Assembly: GCA_963734495.1 (NCBI GenBank)
Contig: CAVTHK010000003.1
Coordinates: 224,001 to 288,000, forward strand
Source: an uncultured Spirochaetota bacterium
GTDB lineage: Bacteria; Spirochaetota; Spirochaetia; SZUA-6; CAVTHK01
Direction: 5' to 3'
Length of the DNA stretch: 64,000 bases
This document shows positions 55,612 through 64,000 of the stretch, piece after piece; the first letter of the stretch is position 1, and every line of letters starts with the position of its first letter. A program made the translations under genes and the position numbers. The notes under the pieces were generated by a model, which was given only the letters and a program-made list of their open reading frames with translations, was not told the origin of the DNA and ran no database searches.

Positions 55612-57819
55612 CTACGTGCGGAAGCGGAAGCCGTCGTCCACGATCATGCGGCTGCGCACGACGCGGTTCCGGCCGGGAAGCTCGACGCTGGTGGGCATGT
55701 CGTCGTAGCGGAGGCGCACCGCCAGCGTGAACGTCTGTCCCTGCGGCAGCGTGAGCTCCACCTCGAGCGGCACCGGCGGATAGCGGCCCACGTGGAGCGT
55801 GTAGGCCCTGCCCGATTGGTCGCGCGTCGCGGGGAAGCTGGAGTCGTAGAGCAGGAACTTCTCCTGCGATAGGATCGCGAGCTCGATGCTCTCGGGGTTC
55901 CCCCGGGGCTCGATCGCGACCGTGACGTTCTCGCGGTCGAGCATGGGCGTGCTCGCGGCGCGGATCGTGAGCAGGTCGCCGGGGGCTTCGGCGGGCAGCA
56001 GCCGCGACTTCGCCCGGGTGGCCACGGTCTTGACCGAGCCCGATTCGGCATAGCGGATCCTGCCGAGCGGCGCGGAGCTCGTGACCTCGATGCGGCTGCT
56101 CCGGGCCGTCAGGTCGACGTAGCGGGTGACGTCGATGACCTGCGGCCGCAGCGGCCCGAACGGGGGGAACGCCAGCGCGGCGGCGAGAAGCGCCACCGAC
56201 AGCGCGGCCGTGACGGCGGGGGCGGCGCGGCGCACGGCCCGGGTCACGGCTTCGGAGAAGGGGGCGGACAGCGTCATGTCGAGCAGCAGCAGGACGTAGG
56301 GGAGCAGGAGCACCGCCACGACGAAGTTGCCCCTCAACGGAGCCGTCAGCACGATGCGGCCGGCGTCGCTTCCGGGCTGGAGGATGAGCGCGAGCCCGAC
56401 GCCGGCGATGCTGGCCGGCGCGAGCACGAGGCAGAGCAGCCGCAGCCAGGTCCAGCGGGTGGCCTCGTAGAGGAAGACGAAGAACACCGGCCACAGCAGG
56501 ATGACGGCCAGCGAGACGTTCGCGGCCGCGACGACCATGAGCCCGAAGATCAGCACAAGGAGCGCGGAAGCAGGGAAAAAGCGCTCCGGGATCCGCTCGA
56601 GCCATGGGCCGGCATGTCGCAGCAGCAGCCGGCTCGCCACGATCAGAAGGAATGCGGCGCCTGACACCTTGAGCGCCAGAAAGAGGCCGGGAGAGGCCTT
56701 CCACAGGTCCCGCACGCCGCGAAGCGCCTCCACCGCGTACACGAGCCCCGTGGCGGCAAGGAGGAACGCGAAGGTCGCCGCGAACAGGATCGGCAGGAGC
56801 CAGAGGTGCTCGCCGGTGATGACGATGTCTTCGGTGAGCCGTCGCCTCGCGAGCTGTATGTAGACCACCGAGACTGCGAACACGGCCAGCAGCAGGAGCA
56901 GGTAGTCGCGCTCCGAAAGGAAGTAATGGCGCGAGCCGATCCGGAACAGGAGGTAGTGCCTGTCCCAGGACTGCGGGATGCCGCCGCGGCTGGCCTCCAG
57001 GAAGCGGCTCCAGAACGCCGCGAAGGCTCCTGCGAACTCGCGATCGTTTCCGGCCGCTCCCGTGTACTCGCCTTCGATGGCGACCGCCGGATAGCCGTTG
57101 CGAAGAAATGGGCCGACCGGCGTCCGCAACTTGACCAGGCCCGCGCGGACGAGCTGGATCTCGTTGCCGTCCGCGCGGGCGTCCAGGCCCGCCTCGCCGA
57201 GCGCCCCGAGGGTGCGCCGGAGGAGCCACAGCGGCGCGACCAGCCCCTCGGAGCCGGCCCGCACCACGACGCGCTCGGGGACGGCGTCGAGGTTGAGGTA
57301 GAGCGCGAGCACGGGGTTCTCGGGGTAGTAGCCTTCGAGGAAGAGGCGGCTGCTCATCGGGTAGGCGTCGCCTTCGCCCTGCTCCGCGCCCAGGAAAAGG
57401 ATCTGGATCGTGAGCGGCGGCCGCGAGGACGCGGCCTGCCGGGCGGTCTCGAGAGCGAGCGCCAGGCCGATCGAATCGTCCCTCCCGGGCTCGGGCTGCT
57501 GCGCGGTGTCGATCGGGACGCAGAGCAGGACCGTATCGGGGCGTCCGCCCGGGATCGTCGCCACCACGGAAGAGGCGAAGGAGTGCATGACCTCGGAGTC
57601 CCGGAAGTCCTGGATGCTGTAGGCGACCCTCATCTGCGAGAGGCGGTCCCGCAGCAGGTCCACCAGCTTGCGCGAGTTCTCCGACCCTTCAGGGCGCGGA
57701 GCGAGCGCGCGGATGGCGGCGAGATCCTTGTCGAACTCGTGCCACGCGGCTTCGCACCACGAGCGAGGAGACCACAGGAGGAGCAGAGCAGCGACGGTCA
57801 GAATGAGCCGCATGGCCAC
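55612..57819 (-). CDS. Membrane protein with a degenerate M28-peptidase-like extracytoplasmic domain and about 8-9 TM helices
   Basis: PRPEGS, VVATIPG..VLLCVPID, DDSIGLALALE, FLGAEQ, LNLD; multiple TMs; beta-rich C-terminal domain. Confidence 0.7.
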   Translation of the reverse strand: MAMRLILTVAALLLLWSPRSWCEAAWHEFDKDLAAIRALAPRPEGSENSRKLVDLLRDRLSQMRVAYSIQDFRDSEVMHSFASSVVATIPGGRPDTVLLCVPIDTAQQPEPGRDDSIGLALALETARQAASSRPPLTIQILFLGAEQGEGDAYPMSSRLFLEGYYPENPVLALYLNLDAVPERVVVRAGSEGLVAPLWLLRRTLGALGEAGLDARADGNEIQLVRAGLVKLRTPVGPFLRNGYPAVAIEGEYTGAAGNDREFAGAFAAFWSRFLEASRGGIPQSWDRHYLLFRIGSRHYFLSERDYLLLLLAVFAVSVVYIQLARRRLTEDIVITGEHLWLLPILFAATFAFLLAATGLVYAVEALRGVRDLWKASPGLFLALKVSGAAFLLIVASRLLLRHAGPWLERIPERFFPASALLVLIFGLMVVAAANVSLAVILLWPVFFVFLYEATRWTWLRLLCLVLAPASIAGVGLALILQPGSDAGRIVLTAPLRGNFVVAVLLLPYVLLLLDMTLSAPFSEAVTRAVRRAAPAVTAALSVALLAAALAFPPFGPLRPQVIDVTRYVDLTARSSRIEVTSSAPLGRIRYAESGSVKTVATRAKSRLLPAEAPGDLLTIRAASTPMLDRENVTVAIEPRGNPESIELAILSQEKFLLYDSSFPATRDQSGRAYTLHVGRYPPVPLEVELTLPQGQTFTLAVRLRYDDMPTSVELPGRNRVVRSRMIVDDGFRFRT

Positions 57820-57844
57820 TTCGAAGGATAGCGCATCTCCCCGC

Positions 57845-57928
57845 CGCAGTGGAAGGTGCCGCCCCTCCCGCTCCCGACCGCCTCGCCCCTGCGCCGCCCC
57901 TCCGCCGCCGCGCAGTGGAAGGTGCCGC
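57845..57928 (+). repeat. Perfect 18-bp direct repeat in a divergent promoter region
   Basis: CGCAGTGGAAGGTGCCGC at 57845-57862 and 57911-57928. Confidence 0.8.
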
Positions 57929-57960
57929 GACGAGGCGATAGAGTATACGAGGAGCCTCCC

Positions 57961-58470
57961 ATGGACGTGCTACCGGAGATCCTTCAGAGGAGAAGCGCCC
58001 GCAGCTTCAAGGACCAGGCGGTCGAGAAGTCCAAGCTCGAGCGCATCCTGAAGGCCGCGCAGCTCGCACCCTCGGCGAAGAACCGGCAGGAGTGGCGCTT
58101 CGTCGTTGCGCAGAAGGCCGCCGACAAGGAGGCCCTGAGCCGCGCGGCGTTCGGCCAGGCGTTCGTCCGGCAGGCCGGCGCCGTCATCGCGCTGTGCCCG
58201 ACGAACGTCGACTACCGCATGCCCAACGGGCAGCTCTCCTACCCCATCGACCTGGCCATGGCCGCCGCGTTCATGGCGCTGCAGGCCACGCGCGAAGGGC
58301 TGGCAAGCTGCATGGTAACCACGTTCGACGAGCAGGAAGTGCGCGATGCGTTGTCGGTGCCCTTCACCATCCCGGTCGTGATGCTGCTCGTGCTGGGCTA
58401 CGCCGATCAGGAGCCGGAGCCGCAGGCGCGCAAGCCGCTGCGCGAGATCAGCTCCTACGGCCACTGGTGA
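57961..58470 (+). CDS. Nitroreductase family protein
   Basis: RRSARSF..APSAKNRQEWRFVV..EGLASC; RBS GAGGAG. Confidence 0.92.
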   Translation: MDVLPEILQRRSARSFKDQAVEKSKLERILKAAQLAPSAKNRQEWRFVVAQKAADKEALSRAAFGQAFVRQAGAVIALCPTNVDYRMPNGQLSYPIDLAMAAAFMALQATREGLASCMVTTFDEQEVRDALSVPFTIPVVMLLVLGYADQEPEPQARKPLREISSYGHW

Positions 58471-58534
58471 AGCCTGGCCGGTGAGGCCGGCCGATGAAGC
58501 AGGCTGGTGACGCGGCGCGCTTCCTGCCTGACGC

Positions 58535-60028
58535 CTACGGGCCGGCCGAGAGGATCTCCCTGACGACGCTCGCCTCGTCCCACGTCCGGGGGCCGTCGGC
58601 GTAATCGATGCTCTTCTCGTGCCCCTTGCCCAGGCACATGACCACGTCGCCCGGCCGCGCCGCCCCGAGGGCGGCCCGCAGCGCTTCGCGCCGGTCGGGG
58701 ATCAGGCGCACCTCGGCCGCTCCCTTCGCCCCGGAGGCGATCTGGCGCAGGATCTCCATGCGATCCTCGCCCCGCGGGTCCTCATCCGTGAGCACCATGA
58801 GGTCCGCGAGCTCCGAGGCGACGCCGCCCTGCGCCGGGCGCTTCTCCACGTCGCGCTCGCCGCCCGAGCCGAAGACCACGATGAGGCGGCCGCGGGCCAG
58901 GCCGCGGATGAACCCGAGCACCTTGCGGAACGCTTCGGGCGTGTGGGCGAAATCCACGAACACGTCGAACGGCTGGCCGCAGTCGACGCGCTGCAGGCGC
59001 CCGGTCGGCGCGCTGAGGCGCGGCCCGAGGGCCGCCAGATCGGCAAGCGCTTCGCCGGTGTGCACCGACACCGCCAGCAGCGCGCCCAGGAAGTTCTCGA
59101 CGTTGTGCCTGCCCGGCAGCGTGAGGCTCGCGGAGTGCTCGCCCGAGCGGCTGCGCAGCCGGAACCGGCTTCCCCATGCCCCGGTCTCCAGATCGCGGGC
59201 CTCGAGGTCAGCCGCCGCGCTGTTCAGGCTGAAGGTAAGCGTCGAGTGGGGCGCGCCCGCCTCCTCGAAGAGCCTCCAGTGCGCGTCGTCCCTGTTGGCG
59301 ACTCCGAAGCTCGTCTCCGCGGGCTTGAGCCCGCGGAACAGGTTCGCCTTGTCGCGCCTGTACTGCTCGAGGCTGCCGTGGAACTCGCGGTGCTCCGCGG
59401 TCACGTTGGTGAGGACCGCGACGTCGAAGGCCACGTCGGCGAGGCGCGCCGTGCGGGCCGAGAGCCCGTGGGAGGTCGCTTCGACGATCGCGAACGCGCA
59501 GCCCGCGTCGCGGATCTCCGCGAGGATCCGGTGCACTTCGTGGGCCTCGGGCGTCGAGGTGTGAATCGGGTTCGGCCGGGGAGGCCCGGAGGTCTTGATG
59601 TCGACGCTCGAGAAGAAGCCGCTGCGCTTCCCCGTCATCTCGAGAAGCTGCTGGATCATCCACACGGTGGTGCTCTTGCCGTCGGTTCCCGTGACGCCGA
59701 TCACGCGCAGGGCGCGGTCGGGGTGATCGTAGAGCGCGGCCGCGGCCGCCGACATCGCGGCGCGGGTGTCGTCGACGCGCACGTACGCGCGGTCGGGGCG
59801 ATAGCTCGGGAGCTCCGCCGAATGGAGCACCGCGGACGCGCCGCGATCGAGGGCCTGCTCGACGTAGCGGTGCCCGTCGGTGTGGATGCCCGGAAACGCC
59901 GCGAACAGCCAGCCGGGGGCGACGTGCCTCGAGTCGATCGCCAGGCCGCGGATCACCGAGTCGGCCCTCCCGCGCAGGCGGGCCCCGTGCATCCCGGCGG
60001 TCAGGGCGTCCAGTGTCTTTTCGGGCAT
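58535..60028 (-). CDS. murE: UDP-MurNAc-tripeptide synthetase (likely L-Orn or L-Lys adding)
   Basis: GVTGTDGKST, STPE, EATSHG, DFAHTP, VFGSGGERD, TDEDPRGE, GKGHE. Confidence 0.95.
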   Translation of the reverse strand: MPEKTLDALTAGMHGARLRGRADSVIRGLAIDSRHVAPGWLFAAFPGIHTDGHRYVEQALDRGASAVLHSAELPSYRPDRAYVRVDDTRAAMSAAAAALYDHPDRALRVIGVTGTDGKSTTVWMIQQLLEMTGKRSGFFSSVDIKTSGPPRPNPIHTSTPEAHEVHRILAEIRDAGCAFAIVEATSHGLSARTARLADVAFDVAVLTNVTAEHREFHGSLEQYRRDKANLFRGLKPAETSFGVANRDDAHWRLFEEAGAPHSTLTFSLNSAAADLEARDLETGAWGSRFRLRSRSGEHSASLTLPGRHNVENFLGALLAVSVHTGEALADLAALGPRLSAPTGRLQRVDCGQPFDVFVDFAHTPEAFRKVLGFIRGLARGRLIVVFGSGGERDVEKRPAQGGVASELADLMVLTDEDPRGEDRMEILRQIASGAKGAAEVRLIPDRREALRAALGAARPGDVVMCLGKGHEKSIDYADGPRTWDEASVVREILSAGP

Positions 60029-60062
60029 GGCCCACGGTAGCAACTGTCGCGGCCCCGCGCAA

Positions 60063-60178
60063 GCGCCAGGGATGGCGCGGGCCCGGGCGCTACAGGGATG
60101 TAAAGCGCCCGGGCAAGCGCCAGGCAAGCGCCAGGCGCCCGGGCAAGCGCAGGCAGCGCCAGGCGCCCGCGCAAGCGC
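60063..60178 (+). repeat. Second locus of the CA-NGGA-TG two-hairpin element, followed by degenerate CAAGCGCCAGG repeats
   Basis: GCGCCA-GGGA-TGGCGC (60063-60078); GCCCGGGCGCTACA-GGGA-TGTAAAGCGCCCGGGC (60081-60114). Confidence 0.8.
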
Positions 60179-60217
60179 GATCTGGACGAGACGCGAGCGC
60201 GCGGGGTAGCATCGGGC

Positions 60218-61892
60218 GTGCTCCGGCCGGCGCTCTTCGACGACTACCTCTCGCGCCAGCTCATCCCCTACATCGGCAATAAGCGCAGGCTGCTCCCTTT
60301 CCTCGACCAGGTCTTCGAGCGGCTCGAGGCGGACAAGCCGGTGCGCGTGTTCCTCGACCCTTTTGCCGGAAGCGGCTCCGTCTCGCGCCTGGCCCGCGTG
60401 CGCGGGTGGCGGGTCATCGCGAGCGACTGGGAGCCATTCAGCGTCGAGATCAACCGATGTCACCTCGGCGTCCAGGCCTCGGAGCTACCCGCGCTGTTCG
60501 CGGGACGCGGCGGCCTGCCCGCTGTTCTCGCCGAGATGAACGGCCTGCCGCCCCCGCGGCCCGAGCAGCGCTACGTCGCGCGCCACTTCGCGCCGCGGGA
60601 GACGGCCCGGGCCGATTATCGCCGCGAGCGGCTCTTCTACAGCACGGAGAACGCCCTGCGCATCGATGCGCTTCGCAACAGGATCGAAGAGCTCTATCCC
60701 TCCGGTGGGCTCGACCCGCGATCGGCGGCCGAGCGGTCGGTCCTGCTGGCCGGGCTCCTCTACGAGGCGGCCACCCACACGAATACATCGGGTGTGTTCA
60801 AGGCGTGCCACAAGGGCTTCGGCGGCCATGGCCGGGAGGCCCTGGGCCGGATCCTCGCCGCCATCGCCCTCGCGCCGCCCGTGCTCGTCGACGCGCCGCC
60901 GGCCTGCGTCCTCGCCGGGGACGCGCTCGACGTCGTGCGCGGCCGCTCCGCCGACCTCTGCTACCTCGACCCGCCGTACAACCAGCACCAGTACGGCAGC
61001 AACTACCACCTGCTGAACACCATCGCCTTGTGGGACCGGCCGCCGGTCTCGGACGAGCTCACGCCGGAAGGCCGCCTGCGCTTCAAGGCCGCGATCCGGT
61101 CCGACTGGGTTCGGACGCGCTCCGACTTCTGCGCGCGCGCCCGGGCGCCGGCCGCCCTGCGGGCCCTGCTCGACGCGGTCGATGCCGGCCGCATCGCGCT
61201 CAGCTACTCGAGCGACGGGATCATCCCGCTGGAGGAGCTGCGCGAGACCCTCGAGGCGCGCGGCCGGGTGAGCGTCTACTCGAGCGGATACGTGAAATAT
61301 CGAGGGGGAAGGCAGAGCGCCGCGCGCGAGACCAGCAACGAAGAGCTCCTCTGGGTCGTGGAGCGGGGCCGCTGCGCCGCCGCAGGCTCGCGCGCCCGCA
61401 TCGACGCGCAGCTCGCGCGCGGGCGGCTCGGGCTCCTGCTCCGCGGCGCGTTCGTCCCGCGCCGCGCGGCCGAGCTGCTGGCTGCGGCCGGCGGGCAGTG
61501 CGAGCCGCTTCAGGGCGTCCGCCTGCCGATGCCATCGCTCCACCGCTTCGCCGATCCGGAGGCGGCGATCGAGCGGCTGGCCGCGCTCCCGCCCGCAGCC
61601 CGGGCCGAAGTCGAGCGGAGGCTCGCGGCCGCCCTCTGCACCGATCGCGCGGAAGAGCTCGATGTCCTGACCGCCATCCTCCCGGGCATCGCCGGGGGCG
61701 GCGAGGCGGTCCGATGGGCGCGGCGCGCCGCGCAAGCTGCTCCGCAAGCTGGCGCATCGGAAGTACGCGGAGCTCTTCGCGGCGGGCGCGCGCGGGCTGC
61801 GGGCCGTGGCGGCCGCGGCGCCCGCCTACGGCTTTCTGGCGGACGAGGTCGAGCGGCTCGAACTCCTGCTGCGCGCGCGCCTCGCGGGGTGA
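60218..61892 (+). CDS. Orphan N6-adenine DNA methyltransferase (D12/alpha class) with a long C-terminal extension (indel near 61730)
   Basis: YIGNKRRLL, DPFAGSGSVS, ENALRIDALR, NTSGVFKA, YLDPPYNQHQYGSNYHLLNTI. Confidence 0.9.
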
Positions 61893-61893
61893 C

Positions 61894-63727
61894 CTATGAT
61901 TGCGCGGCGGCCGCGAGGTGCGCTGCGAGCGCGCGGGCGGTCTCGAGGCTGACCCGCGCGCGCTCTGCCAGCTCCTCGGGCGGCGCCTGGGCGATGGCTG
62001 CCAGCGAACCGTAGCTCTCCAGCAGCACGCGGCTGCGGGACGGGCCGATGCCCTTGACGCCTTCGAGGGTCAGGCGCTCCATGGCCTTCGCCTTCTGTTT
62101 CGTGCGCAGGCTGTTCGCGAAGCGGTGCGTCTCGTCCCGCACCGCCTGCAGGACTCTGAGCGCCGACGATGAGCGGGGGAGGACGACGGCGCTCGTGGCG
62201 CCGGCCGGCCAGATCTCTTCGTTCTCCTTTGCCAGGCCCACCAGCGGGATCCCCTCGAGGCCGAGCGAAGCGAGCACCGAGGCCGCAGCGCTCACCTGGC
62301 CGCGGCCGCCGTCGACGAGGATCAGCTCCGGCCGCTCCAGGCCGTCGTTGAGCACGCGCGTGTAGCGGCGCGCCACGACCTCGCGGATCGCGGCGTAGTC
62401 GTCGATCCGGTCGCCGAGGCTGCGGATGCTGAAGTGACGGTAGCCCGATTTCTCGGGTTTCCCGTCGACGAAGCTGATCATCGAGGCGACGGTCTGTTTC
62501 CCCGCGAGATGGGAGATGTCGAAGCCTTCGATCCGGCGCGGCGGCTTCGGCAGCCCGAGGGCCTGCTGGAGGGCCTCGAGCGCGCGGCGTGCCTTCTTCG
62601 CCCTGGCCGTAGAGCTGGATGTCCTGCTCGGCGTTCTCCATGGCGAGCGCCAGGATCTTCGCGTGGCGGCCCCGCTGCGGGAAGCGCGCCTCCACCGGCG
62701 GCCGTCCGGGCCGGGCCGCGGCCAGGTACTGCGCCAGCTCGGCCGCGTCTTCGCGCACGATCGACGGCAGGTAGGCCGCGCGGGGCGGCCGCGAGGTCAC
62801 GGGCAGCTTGCCGTAGTACTGCAGCACGAACTCGGCGACGGACTCCTCGCCCGAAGAGTAGACCTCGGTGCGGTAGACCTCCTTGCCGACCATGGCGCCG
62901 TCGCGCATCTGAAGCACGACGAAGCTCGCGCGGTTGTCCCGCGCTGCGAAGCCCACGTAGTCACGGTCGCTCTCGCCGCGGGCGCCGGCCACGTCCACCA
63001 CCTGCTTCTCGGGGGTGAGGTCGCGTATCGTGCGGATCTGGTCGCGGATGTGGGCGGCCTTTTCGTACTCCAGCCGGATGGACGCCTCGGCCATCGCGGC
63101 TTCGAGGTCCCCGACGAGCTCTTCCGTGCGGCCCGTGAGCAGCTTCCTGATCCGCTCCACGTTGACCTGGTAGGCCGCCTGGTCCACAGCGCCGACGCAC
63201 GGGCCCAGGCTGCGGCCCAGGTGGTAGTAGAAGCACGGGTGCCGGCGCGGCTTGAGAGGCCCCCTGCACATGCGGAGCGGGAACAGCTTGACGATGAGCG
63301 CGAGATACTCGTCGAGCCGTCCCGCCTGGGGATAGGGCCCGAAATAGCTCGACCCGTCGAACACGATGCGGCGCGTGCGGAAGACCCGCGGGTACGCCTC
63401 GTTCGTGATCCGGATGACCGGGTAGCTCTTGCCGTCCTTGAGGTTGATGTTGAAGCGCGGCTTCCACTGCTTGATCAGCGTGTTCTCGAGCAGGAGCGCG
63501 TCGTACTCGTCGCGGGTGACGATGACCTCGACGTCCGCCGCGTTGCGCAGGAGGATCCGCGTCTTGATGTCCTTGCCCGCGTTGAAGTACGAGCGGACGC
63601 GCTTGACGAGGCTCTTGGCCTTTCCGACGTAGATGATGCGCCTGGTCGCGTCCTTGAACAGGTAGACGCCGGCCTTGTCGGGGAGCTCCTTGACCCGCTC
63701 CGAGAGCGGCGCGACCGGCTCGCTCAT
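61894..63727 (-). CDS. uvrC: Excinuclease ABC subunit C (indels near 62500-62600)
   Basis: GIY-YIG LPDKAGVYLF..IYVGKAKSL; LKDGKSYP; LVDGGRGQ; RDETHRFA; HhH GIGP. Confidence 0.95.
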
Positions 63728-64000
63728 CGGGCTTCGGGGACCCCCGCGGGGCGCCGGGCGCGCGGCCGGCCCGGCCCGGCGGCCGCGCGGCGGTCGAGCC
63801 ACGTCCTCTGCCGCGGGCAGCTGCCGCAGCAGTCGATGAAATCCGCGAGGCGTCCGTACATCTCGTCCGAGACGCGGTGCTCGAGCAGGCAGGCGTCGTC
63901 GCCGGCCGTCTTCTCGTCCAGCCCGAGGACGGAAACGAGAAACGCGCGCAGCACCTCGTAGCGGCGCATGATGCCGGTGACCGTCTTTTTCCCGCGGTCC
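63724..64000 (-). CDS. DtxR/MntR-family metal-dependent regulator (5' part outside window)
   Basis: RRYEVLRAFLVSVLGLDEKTAGDDACLLEHRVS dimerisation motif. Confidence 0.8.
   Translation of the reverse strand, partial: DRGKKTVTGIMRRYEVLRAFLVSVLGLDEKTAGDDACLLEHRVSDEMYGRLADFIDCCGSCPRQRTWLDRRAAAGPGRPRARRPAGVPEAR

Overview
This is a high-GC bacterial chromosome segment, most likely Spirochaetota. The assignment rests on a MurE with EDPR rather than DNPR, tRNA-Arg(UCG), the extended AckA C-terminus and the types of lipoprotein present. Most genes are housekeeping: glmS, clpB, ackA, murB, an ECF sigma/anti-sigma operon, manC, 7 tRNAs, tig-clpP-clpX-lon, ssb, trxA, hom/apgM, a MalK-type ATPase, argF, a biotin-dependent carboxyltransferase operon, dinB, murE, an orphan adenine MTase and uvrC. 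About 20 genes, including essential ones, carry small indels, which I read as long-read assembly errors rather than pseudogenes. An accessory patch lies between tRNA-Arg(UCU) and tRNA-His (about 14.6-21.3 kb). It holds three paralogous small alpha+beta barrel genes, two with a nearly identical 44-bp helically phased upstream motif, plus a possibly tripartite MazF toxin-antitoxin module and an orphan KdpE-type DNA-binding domain. The most striking non-coding signal is a repeated two-hairpin element at about 11.7 kb and 60.06 kb. Its loops all display the CsrA/RsmA consensus CA-NGGA-UG, and its stems show compensatory changes. Other signals are a 10-bp-periodic GGATC array, many apparently leaderless genes, a Cys-to-Ala pseudo-transglutaminase in the ECF operon and a transcarboxylase-like operon lacking biotin carboxylase. 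All family calls come from reading motifs by eye; no database search was run.
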